Below, in pieces: positions 55,433 to 64,000 of a stretch of 64,000 nt of DNA. The notes beneath the pieces are model-generated. The model was not told where the DNA came from. It ran no database searches and saw nothing but the letters and a program-made list of their open reading frames with translations. Positions within the stretch are counted from its first letter, which is position 1. Each line of letters starts with the position of its first letter. Both the position numbers and the translations under genes were made by a program. Source of the DNA: an uncultured Candidatus Babeliaceae bacterium (lineage in GTDB: Bacteria > Babelota > Babeliae > Babelales > Babelaceae); contig OY969927.1 of the NCBI GenBank assembly GCA_963704655.1, positions 256,001-320,000 on the forward strand, read 5' to 3'.

Positions 55433-56056
55433 TTAATCGTGAATTAATTTATAAAACTTTTCAGCCTCAGCTGCTGGGTTAGCGGCAGAAGTTATCTCCT
55501 TGCCAATAACTATTGCAGCAGGGTTAAGTTCGATAATTGTAGGTAAGGTTTCAGGTGAGATATTGCCCGAAATATATACCGGCAATGGTGTGTTACCCTT
55601 AACCATATCCCAGGTTTCCAAAAAGGTAAGTTGAGAAGAATCTTGTGTTGGCATAGGCAATAATAATGCATCAACACCAAAACTTTTAGCTTCGAGTGCA
55701 GATTGCCCTAATGAGCTTGCATCGATAAGATCAAGCATCACCTTTTTGCCGCGTTCATGTGCAGCATTGCATGCGCTATGTATCACATTGCGACGCGTGC
55801 CTGCAAGAACTGTTACCCAGTCTGCTCCAGCATCTGAACATAAAAGAGTTGCCTCTTTTGCGCGATCGGCGATTTTTACATCAGCAAGAATCGTTTTGTG
55901 GGGAAACTGCTGTTTAAAGCGTGTTACTGCCTGCATGCCGTTTTTGTAGATAAGCAGAGAGCCGACCTCAAAAATATCAGCGTATTTTTCTATGCTCTGC
56001 GCGATTGAAAGGGCGGTTTCAAGATCTGTAAGATCAAATGCAATGTGCAACTTCAT
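55433..56056 (-). CDS. 3-hexulose-6-phosphate synthase / OMP decarboxylase superfamily protein
   Basis: IAFD, IFEVGS, ILADVKIAD, AGADWVTVL, SGNI, IVIGKEIT. Confidence 0.85.
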   Translation of the reverse strand: MKLHIAFDLTDLETALSIAQSIEKYADIFEVGSLLIYKNGMQAVTRFKQQFPHKTILADVKIADRAKEATLLCSDAGADWVTVLAGTRRNVIHSACNAAHERGKKVMLDLIDASSLGQSALEAKSFGVDALLLPMPTQDSSQLTFLETWDMVKGNTPLPVYISGNISPETLPTIIELNPAAIVIGKEITSAANPAAEAEKFYKLIHD

Positions 56057-56140
56057 ATCTTAATAATCCTTTAGTGGTACCTGAAAATGGTCGAATACTT
56101 CAAAAAAAGTATAGCAGCAACTAGAATAATTATCTATTAT

Positions 56141-56872
56141 TTATGCTTTAATTGCTTGCGCAAAAGATTGCGGTTCAACCTTTTTCTCAATAACCAATGG
56201 CGCAAAAAAGCGGTTAATCTTTAAAAATTTTAAAACGCAAAATGGCGTATCGATAGATGTATGCACAAAGATATCGGGTAATATGAAATTCGGCCCAGGG
56301 ACACTTTCATGGGTACCTTGTGTAATTTCTATATCTTTTGGTTTTGCCATAATAATAAGTGCGTGACTGTCTATCTGTGATTTTGCCGGACGTTCAAGCT
56401 GTGTGATATTCCAGTACCATTTTTTATGCTGTTCATCATGCTTAAGATTATAACGGTAAAATGTGGCATTAACTTCTTCTGGAACTTCAAAATGGTGCAC
56501 CGTGTTCCCCTGGAACATTACCGGGTATATCTGGCTTGTTACCACTACCGTTAAAGAATTACTGCTTTCTTTATTGGGCAACAGTATTTCGCCCTGATAA
56601 TCGGTATATGTTATATACCCTACATAATTAACATAAACTCCCTGTACTAAGGGACTTGTTAAATGGCGCTGTAATATCATGTTGCTGATATCGGCATGCG
56701 AGCTGATAAGTCCAGTTAATTTGTCTGCGGGGAACTTTTTAGCGCATGCGGGGTTGCTGGCGCAGGGCACCATAAAAAAGCTGATAACATGTGGCGTTGG
56801 CGCAGATTGCCCATAGGTTGTAAGCGGTATAAAACTACTTAACCAAAAAAGAAGAAATAAGATTTTTTTCAT
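56141..56872 (-). CDS. Hypothetical exported protein
   Basis: Signal peptide MKKILFLLFWLSSFIPLTTYG; about 243 aa; no family recognised. Confidence 0.8.
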   Translation of the reverse strand: MKKILFLLFWLSSFIPLTTYGQSAPTPHVISFFMVPCASNPACAKKFPADKLTGLISSHADISNMILQRHLTSPLVQGVYVNYVGYITYTDYQGEILLPNKESSNSLTVVVTSQIYPVMFQGNTVHHFEVPEEVNATFYRYNLKHDEQHKKWYWNITQLERPAKSQIDSHALIIMAKPKDIEITQGTHESVPGPNFILPDIFVHTSIDTPFCVLKFLKINRFFAPLVIEKKVEPQSFAQAIKA

Positions 56873-57016
56873 TGACACTTCCCCCCAGAAATAGACTATT
56901 TGCTTTCAGTTTACTTAATTACAATGGCAGATTGCAACTTTTAAATAAGATCCCACCCATTTTTATTAATTACCAAATGTTAACTAGACTTAACATATAG
57001 TTCAACTAAGTGTTAA

Positions 57017-57311
57017 TTAACGTGAGTTCGACTAAAATAAGCCATACTTAAAGCCTCTTATTTCCCGTAGTGTCATGGAGCACTATGTGCTCTACTTTCG
57101 GGCAGTGACCCGGAATCTATCTATTAAAGTAAATTTCGATAATAATATTGATCTATTCGATTTTTTTTTACAAAGTAAGATAGACCCCGACTCCAGCCGT
57201 CGCTTATCCAGGCCTTCCTATCGAAGTACGGGGGTGACACCTTAATAATTCGTAATTAAACTTTGAAACAACAATATTTTCTGCTATTTTTTATCATCGA
57301 ACTCATGTTAA
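57017..57311. mobile_element. MITE-like element with IS982-like terminal inverted repeats, containing a degenerate REP doublet
   Basis: TTAACGTGAGTTCGA ... TCGAACTCATGTTAA (14/15 inverted match); no ORF; left end duplicated at 44523; no clear target duplication. Confidence 0.65.
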
Positions 57312-57316
57312 CTTAA

Positions 57317-58771
57317 TTACTCACCAGTTCTTTTTGCCTGAACCTTTCCCGTTCCAAAAAGCCTTTGGAATAGAGTTTTTTCCTTTTTCTCTTCTTCCTC
57401 TTGCTCTTGCTCAGGCTCAAGGTTTGCTTGTGAAGATGATGCTGATGTTTTTGCCGGCTTACGCTCAGGTTCATGGCCAGCGAGTCTCGATGTAACACGT
57501 TCATAACTCTGAGTTGAAGCAATGTTTTTGCGACTTTTAATTATTGCATTTTTTTGTGCTTGACTCATAAGACCTTCAAGTATAGCCTTTTCAAATTCAT
57601 CCCCAGAAAGCCTTAAGGCCTTTTGAGCATGACCAATTGCAAGAGCATATTCCTCTTTATTAAAATATATCTTTGCTAATTCAGACTCTACATAAAAGTT
57701 CTTATCAGTTTTTAATGTAGCATCTTTAAGTATAAGAAACACTTCGTCCTCAATGTCTTTTTGTGAGCGTTGTGACTTATTTTCACGTATTTCGCGAACT
57801 CTTATTGCATAAGATTCATTTTTAAGTGCACCAGACAATTCCAGAGCCTGTGTTTTTAAATGTTCAGGTGCCAATGGTATTGCATAATCTATATATTTTT
57901 TTGCTAAATCCAAGTTCCCGTTTTCATAATATAATTTTGCTAAATTATACTCTACATTATAAAGGGAATGGTTAGTTCTTTTACTCGCTTGCAAAAGCAA
58001 CTGCAAAGCTTCATTCTTTAAGCTAAGGCGCTTTGTTACATCATTTTCTTGCTCAGCATTACCTAGAATGATTAATGCTTGCGATGCAAGATCAAGAGCC
58101 TCTTTATCCCAAATCTCTTTGGCTTTTCCTTTGCCACGAGCAGCTTCTTTGGCTAATTGAGCACGATATAGCTTTTCTTTGCTTGCTAACCATTTTTTAT
58201 GTTTTGGCTCCAAGTCTAAAGAATAACGCGTACCAGATAAATTTTTATATTTCCCATCTTTTATAATATCAAGTAAAATTTGTGCAAATGTAGTAGTATC
58301 CTCTTTTTGCAACTGTGCAAGCAGAAAAAGCTCATCATAACATTTAACTATTTTGAAAGAATATACTTTTACACTTTCTGGATCTTGCTCTTGGCCTTTT
58401 TGATAATATTCCTTGACAGCTTCAGCTGCTTTAATTTTTGCAATATACCCAGGAATACTATTTGTGTGCGCCTCAGCAGCCTGCTTTAACGTTTGCAAGG
58501 CCTCAGTTTTTCTATTTGCTTTATTAAGAGCTAAAGCATTTTCATAAAGAAGCTCAGGCTCTTGCTTTTGTGCTGGTATAAACATACGGTTACCACTGCT
58601 TGAACTGGCAACAGTTTTTTGTGTTACTACAGGCATTCGGCTACTACTACTACTACTACTTGAACCTGCTTGACGATAATCACCTAAAAGATCTAAATCG
58701 AACTCACCGGCAAAAGCTGGTGCACTAGCATATAACGCTAGCAGATATACTTTATTTTTCATATTCTTCAT
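57317..58771 (-). CDS. Secreted TPR-like helical repeat protein, candidate effector
   Basis: GGAGAG RBS, signal peptide, Ser tract, YNLAKLYYENGNLDLAKKYIDYAI and ELAKIYFNKEEYALAIGHAQKAL TPR-like helices, charged tail. Confidence 0.8.
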   Translation of the reverse strand: MKNMKNKVYLLALYASAPAFAGEFDLDLLGDYRQAGSSSSSSSSRMPVVTQKTVASSSSGNRMFIPAQKQEPELLYENALALNKANRKTEALQTLKQAAEAHTNSIPGYIAKIKAAEAVKEYYQKGQEQDPESVKVYSFKIVKCYDELFLLAQLQKEDTTTFAQILLDIIKDGKYKNLSGTRYSLDLEPKHKKWLASKEKLYRAQLAKEAARGKGKAKEIWDKEALDLASQALIILGNAEQENDVTKRLSLKNEALQLLLQASKRTNHSLYNVEYNLAKLYYENGNLDLAKKYIDYAIPLAPEHLKTQALELSGALKNESYAIRVREIRENKSQRSQKDIEDEVFLILKDATLKTDKNFYVESELAKIYFNKEEYALAIGHAQKALRLSGDEFEKAILEGLMSQAQKNAIIKSRKNIASTQSYERVTSRLAGHEPERKPAKTSASSSQANLEPEQEQEEEEKKEKTLFQRLFGTGKVQAKRTGE

Positions 58772-58904
58772 AACACTCTCCTTAATGGCCATATAATATC
58801 CTATTTATTCACTCTATTTCTCTATTTTTTTCAGCTTAAACAAAGCGTAAACGCAGAGTCAACAATTTCAAATATATATTTATAGAAATTCCCCTAATAC
58901 CTTT

Positions 58905-61900
58905 CTATGCCACCAACTTCTCTATTTTTGTTTGAAGATCAGCAATTTGCTCCTGCATAGTCGCAATTGTTTCCTTATAACATATTTCTAACGTCTCTAA
59001 ACGTTTTCTATAGTCAAGTAACATTGCACGATCTTTTTGCAGCTCATTAAGCATCATCAAAGGGATATACTGATATTGCACTGTTTGAGGCTGTCCATAA
59101 GCATCCTTAATAACAATGCCAGGATAGATTTCTTCAACCTCTTCAGCAATAAGACCATATTCTAGATGATCTTCATAACCATCCCAAATATAATTAAATG
59201 TTACCGGGCGTAGCTTATGCAGATCTTCTGTAATATTATCCATATCTTGAATATTTTTCTTAACACGTCGCGTTGATGCTGTTGTACCAAGCTTTCCATT
59301 AGACCCTATGCTAACTGCTGCTCCCCCTGTGGTATAGGTCTGTCCAAAGATACCTTGAATATAACAAGCACCCGAGCCCGCACCATACAGAGCTCCTATA
59401 CGAATCGTATCACTTTCAGCTGTGGATGTTGTTATTGCACCAGCATATACGTTGGCACCAATATAAATATTACCCGTACCTGTCAATAAATTTGTTCCAG
59501 CATTATAACCAATAGCAACATTATTTGTGCCAGTAGTTAAAGCAGCAAGTGCATCGGCGCCAATTGCGGTGTTATTGCCCCCATAGGTGATCGTGCCACT
59601 CAATTTAGTAAGTGCATAACATCCGACAGCAACGTTATTGACACTTGCAGTATTTGCAGCAAGTGTTTGGTGCCCAATAGCAACGTTAGATGTGCCGGTG
59701 GTGTTTGCATTTAATGCATAATACCCAACAGCGGTATTTTGAATGCCAGTAGTAGCATTTGCTAATGCACCTGAACCAACTGCGGTGAGCTGACTTGCTG
59801 TACTATTTGCCAGAGCATTTGTACCAATTGCTGTATTATCATTGCCACTAATATTAATGGTTAATGCTTCATTTCCAAGCGCCACATTGTTTGACCCAAT
59901 GGTATTTGCATCTAATACTTGGTAACCGATACCAACGTTTGCCGTGCCTGTGGTATTAAATTGTAACACGCCGGTTCCAATACCAGTTTGCTGGCCGCCA
60001 GTATAGTTTGCGCTTGATAATGCGTTATAACCAATAGCAATATTATCACCAAGTATACTTGCTCCGGAAAGTGCAAATGCGCCGATGGCAATATTGTCAA
60101 AGTTATTTATAGTTTTAGCATTTGCAAGTGCTTGATAACCAATTGCAACGTTTGATGTTCCGGTTGTATTTGCATTAAGCGCATAATACCCCTCAGCATG
60201 ATTTTGTACACCACTCGTGTTATTTTGCAATGCACCAGTACCAATAGCAATCTGCTGACCCTTATTATAGTTTGCGCTTGATAATGCGTTATAACCAATT
60301 GCTATATTATCACCAAGCACTGCAGTTCCGGTTAATGTAAATGCGCCAATGGCAATATTGTCAAAGTTATTAATTGTTCTTGCATTTGCAAGCGCTTGGT
60401 AACCAATTGCAATATTTGAAGTTCCGGTGGTATTTAAGTTTAATGCATTGAAACCAACTGCGGTATTTTGAATGCCAGTAGTAGCATTTGCTAATGCACC
60501 TGAACCAACTGCGGTGAGCCGACTTGCGGTGCTATTTGCCAGAGCATTTGTACCAATTGCCGTATTATCATTGCCACTAATATTAATGGTTAATGCTTCA
60601 TTTCCAAGCGCCACATTGTTTGACCCAATGGTATTTGCATCTAATACTTGGTAACCGATACCAACGTTTGCCGTGCCAGTGGTGTTAAACTGTAACACGC
60701 CCGTCCCAATAGCAGTCTGCTGGCCCTTTGTGTAGTTTGCGCTTGATAATGCGTTATAACCAATTGCGATATTATCACCTAAAATAGATGCCCCAGAAAG
60801 CGTATTTGCACCGATAGCAATATTATCAAAGTTATTTGCAGTGTTAGCATTTGCAAGCGCTTGGTAACCAAGTGCGGTGTTATTGAACCCAGTAATATTA
60901 GCATTTAATGCATAATAACCAACGGCAACATTTTGTGCGCCGGTGGTATTATTGAATAATGCACCAGAACCTATTCCAACCAACGAGCTTGTTTGGTTAG
61001 TTGATAAAGCCTGGTTACCAACTGCGGTATTGTCTGAACCAACAGCCGCATTGTTAAGTGTTAAATTTCCGATGGCAGTATTATTGTTTGAAAATTGTGA
61101 TAATGACAGCGCATTGAATCCAACAGCAGTATTATTAGACCCTGATGTATTTGATTGTAAGGTACTATAACCCACGCCAACGTTTTGAGTGCCTAAGGTA
61201 TTATATTGTAAAGCTCCAGACCCCACAGCAGTAAGGGCATTGCCAACTGAAGCCGTGAGAAGAGCATTATAACCAACTGCAGTGTTATTAAAGCCAATTA
61301 TGTTACCAGAAAGTGAATAAGAACCTATAGCTGTATTGCTATTGCCAGTTGTGTTACCAGAAAGTGAATAGTAACCAACAGCTGTGTTGCTTGCGCCCGT
61401 ATTATTGCTGCCCATACTCGAATTACCAACAGCCACATTGAACGCTGAATTGCCAAAAACAAATGCATTATAACCAATAGCAACGTTTCCGTATGAAAAA
61501 GATCCATTCTGTAAGGTATTTGAGCCTATAGCGACATTTTCACCAGCTTGAATTATATTACTTAATGCATTGGAGCCTATAGCAATATTATTTGCCCCGC
61601 TAGGTATACCAAGAAACGGTAGGTTATAGTTTAACTTACTCAGTGCATAAGCGCCTATTGCAATATTATTTACCCCACTTGTATTTGTTTGTAATGCATC
61701 ATAACCAATTGCGATGTTTCCAGTACCTGTAGTATTTGCCTGTAACGCGCCCGTTCCAATTGCTATCTGCTGCCCGCCGGTATAACCCGACGCAGAAAGC
61801 GCATTTGTTCCAACAGCGATGTTATCACCTAAAATAGATGCGCCAGAAAGCGTATTTGCCCCAATTGCAATATTGTCAAAATTATTAATACCTGCAGCAT

Positions 61901-63998
61901 TTGCTAATGCTTGATAGCCTAATGCAACGTTTGATGTGCCGGTTGTATTTGAGCCAAGAGCATTATACCCAAGAGCAGTATTTTGAATACCTGTAGTATT
62001 CGAACCAAGCGCATAATACCCAACCGCTGTTAAATTATTTGCACGATTGCTATAAAGACTTTGGTACCCAACTCCAACGTTATTACTTACATTCTTGGCA
62101 GCACTAGCGCCATTTCCAAATAATGCACTAGTACCAAGAGCAACATTATAAGATCCAGAAGTATTTGTTCCTAGCGAAGAGATACCCATAGCAACGTTAT
62201 TAACGCCTGTAGTGTTATTAGTCATGCTACTGAAACCTATTGCAATATTAAAACCTATAGTATCGCTTGGTAATGTAAGCGCCCCGATTGCTATATCTTG
62301 ACCATTTATTGGCGTGGCATTCTGCATTGCTAAACTGCCAATAGCAATATTAGCTCCTTGACCATTATCTTTTTGCAATGCACTGTATCCTATAGCAATA
62401 TCTGAAGCAGCAGCATTTAATGGTGTAGCATTTTGCATTGCACCAGAACCAATCGCCACATTTTGACCAATTGCACCATTGAAAGTCGCTAATGCATTAT
62501 TGCCAAGTGCAACATTATCACTAGATGTCATATTAGATTTTGCAGCTTGATATCCTACTGCAGTATTATTTTTTCCCGTTGTATTTGCATTAAGTGCTTG
62601 ATTACCTAATGCGACATTTAATGTGCCGGTGAGGGTATTATTATTTCCTGCATTCAAGCCGATAATGGTATTACCATATGTTGGCGCAAAGACAAAGCCC
62701 TGACCAATATTGCAACCGCCGACAGAACTGTAATTAATTAAACTATTACCGGTGAGTGTGACTGTTGTTGCTTCAAAGCTGCCGGTGCTATCACGTAAAA
62801 TGAGTGTTAATGCGGTGTCACATGATGTTGCCGTGTTAATAAGATTTGAGTATGAGCCTATGCCAAGTTGGCCGCTGCTGGTAACAACCACCGGTTCACC
62901 CACTTGTAAGTTATTGTAAATGCCAGCAACATATGCAGCAGTTTGCGTTCCTTGTGTACCGATATACGTAACGTTACTATCAGTTGAATTACCTTGATTT
63001 GCAATATAAATACTATTTGAAGTGCTTGTTCCTGCGTTTACGCCAGCTTCATAACCAAGTGCAACATTGTAAGTTCCCGTTATTATGTTAGATAAAGTTG
63101 CCTCCCCAACAGCTACATTAAACCCTGCACTATCTAGTCCTAATGAATTATATCCAATAGCAACGTCATGAGAAGCCTGTGCGCTGTTCATCGCATTAAT
63201 TCCAAGCGCGGTATTATAATAACCAGCTGTTGTTGCGTACATTGCTTGCGAACCAACTGCAGTATTATAATTACCAATCATATTAGCATTGAGTGCCAAA
63301 GTGCCAATTGCGGTATTTGAACCGCCGGATGTATTTGCTGATAACGCAAAAGCACCAAATGCGCTGTTTCCTAACCCTGAGTTATTGTCTTGTAAAGCAA
63401 ATGTGCCAACTGCTGTATTATCATATCCGGTAGTATTTGCACTTAATGCTTGTGAGCCAACGGCAACGTTGTAGCCAGAGCTATCATGAGCAAGTGCTTG
63501 ATAGCCAATTGCAACAGAGTTTCCAAAATATGGATTAGCCGAGGCCATTGCGTTGGTACCGATAGCAACGTTGTTGCTCTTATTAGTATTGGTTGCAAGC
63601 GTGCCAAACCCGAGTGCAGTGTTATTATACCCAGTGATATTGTTTGCAAGCGCTTGATAACCAAGTGCAACATTTGATGTTCCAGTTAAGTTATTACTAT
63701 TGCCTGCTCCAAGACCAATAAGGGTATTTTGTTTTGTTGGTGCCCAGACAAAACCAGCGCCTGTATCGCATCCGCCAACAGAGCTATAATTGATTAAGCT
63801 GTTGCCCGTGAGTGTGATAGTGGTTGCTGCAAAGCTGCCCGTGCTGTCGCGCAGCACAAGTGCTAATGCATTGTCACATGATGTTGCGGTGTTAATAAGA
63901 TTTGAATATGATCCCACACCAAGTTGTCCGTTGCTGGTAATAACTACCGGTTCACCCACTTGTAAGTTATTGTAAATGCCCGCAACATACGTTTGGGT
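58905..63998 (-). CDS. Giant fibre/adhesin-like protein 6 with C-terminal Peptidase_S74 (5' end beyond window)
   Basis: Frame open to window edge (TQTYVAGIYNNLQVGEP); LRDSTGSF linkers; NxAxG repeats; STRRVK...YGLIAEEV. Confidence 0.9.
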   Translation of the reverse strand, partial: TQTYVAGIYNNLQVGEPVVITSNGQLGVGSYSNLINTATSCDNALALVLRDSTGSFAATTITLTGNSLINYSSVGGCDTGAGFVWAPTKQNTLIGLGAGNSNNLTGTSNVALGYQALANNITGYNNTALGFGTLATNTNKSNNVAIGTNAMASANPYFGNSVAIGYQALAHDSSGYNVAVGSQALSANTTGYDNTAVGTFALQDNNSGLGNSAFGAFALSANTSGGSNTAIGTLALNANMIGNYNTAVGSQAMYATTAGYYNTALGINAMNSAQASHDVAIGYNSLGLDSAGFNVAVGEATLSNIITGTYNVALGYEAGVNAGTSTSNSIYIANQGNSTDSNVTYIGTQGTQTAAYVAGIYNNLQVGEPVVVTSSGQLGIGSYSNLINTATSCDTALTLILRDSTGSFEATTVTLTGNSLINYSSVGGCNIGQGFVFAPTYGNTIIGLNAGNNNTLTGTLNVALGNQALNANTTGKNNTAVGYQAAKSNMTSSDNVALGNNALATFNGAIGQNVAIGSGAMQNATPLNAAASDIAIGYSALQKDNGQGANIAIGSLAMQNATPINGQDIAIGALTLPSDTIGFNIAIGFSSMTNNTTGVNNVAMGISSLGTNTSGSYNVALGTSALFGNGASAAKNVSNNVGVGYQSLYSNRANNLTAVGYYALGSNTTGIQNTALGYNALGSNTTGTSNVALGYQALANAAGINNFDNIAIGANTLSGASILGDNIAVGTNALSASGYTGGQQIAIGTGALQANTTGTGNIAIGYDALQTNTSGVNNIAIGAYALSKLNYNLPFLGIPSGANNIAIGSNALSNIIQAGENVAIGSNTLQNGSFSYGNVAIGYNAFVFGNSAFNVAVGNSSMGSNNTGASNTAVGYYSLSGNTTGNSNTAIGSYSLSGNIIGFNNTAVGYNALLTASVGNALTAVGSGALQYNTLGTQNVGVGYSTLQSNTSGSNNTAVGFNALSLSQFSNNNTAIGNLTLNNAAVGSDNTAVGNQALSTNQTSSLVGIGSGALFNNTTGAQNVAVGYYALNANITGFNNTALGYQALANANTANNFDNIAIGANTLSGASILGDNIAIGYNALSSANYTKGQQTAIGTGVLQFNTTGTANVGIGYQVLDANTIGSNNVALGNEALTINISGNDNTAIGTNALANSTASRLTAVGSGALANATTGIQNTAVGFNALNLNTTGTSNIAIGYQALANARTINNFDNIAIGAFTLTGTAVLGDNIAIGYNALSSANYNKGQQIAIGTGALQNNTSGVQNHAEGYYALNANTTGTSNVAIGYQALANAKTINNFDNIAIGAFALSGASILGDNIAIGYNALSSANYTGGQQTGIGTGVLQFNTTGTANVGIGYQVLDANTIGSNNVALGNEALTINISGNDNTAIGTNALANSTASQLTAVGSGALANATTGIQNTAVGYYALNANTTGTSNVAIGHQTLAANTASVNNVAVGCYALTKLSGTITYGGNNTAIGADALAALTTGTNNVAIGYNAGTNLLTGTGNIYIGANVYAGAITTSTAESDTIRIGALYGAGSGACYIQGIFGQTYTTGGAAVSIGSNGKLGTTASTRRVKKNIQDMDNITEDLHKLRPVTFNYIWDGYEDHLEYGLIAEEVEEIYPGIVIKDAYGQPQTVQYQYIPLMMLNELQKDRAMLLDYRKRLETLEICYKETIATMQEQIADLQTKIEKLVA

Positions 63999-64000
63999 TT

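Noticed and set aside
5230-63998. Classical trimeric autotransporter adhesins
   Set aside because: Head-like repeats are present, but the C-termini are S74 plus coiled coil, not a YadA beta-barrel anchor.

Overview
AT-rich bacterial chromosome segment. The gene content (archaeal/eukaryotic-type ATP-dependent ligase, many small signal-peptide proteins, compact housekeeping genes) suggests Ca. Babeliae/Dependentiae (TM6), but this is inference only. About 42 kb encodes six paralogous giant fibre proteins (1640-4029 aa; five in 5230-42941, a sixth partial on the minus strand at 58905-64000). They combine Sec-type signal peptides, phage tail-fibre motifs, (A/S)-X-X triplet shafts, YadA-head-like 14-residue repeats and C-terminal Peptidase_S74 autocleaving chaperones. 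Two carry tandem S74 domains, none has an autotransporter barrel, and no prophage genes are present. The paralogs are mosaics of near-identical DNA modules, four share a conserved 70-bp leader, and they sit beside a beta-propeller gene and a GT2 glycosyltransferase. The flanks hold housekeeping genes (gap, rnhA, SpoIID, tatD, HU, serS, hemW, secD, pgsA-like, ligase), three tRNAs and many REP-like palindromes. These palindromes nest inside each other, read in frame into SpoIID, and bracket a PD-(D/E)XK nuclease cassette and a GIY-YIG remnant. All calls are by eye from motifs; no searches were run.
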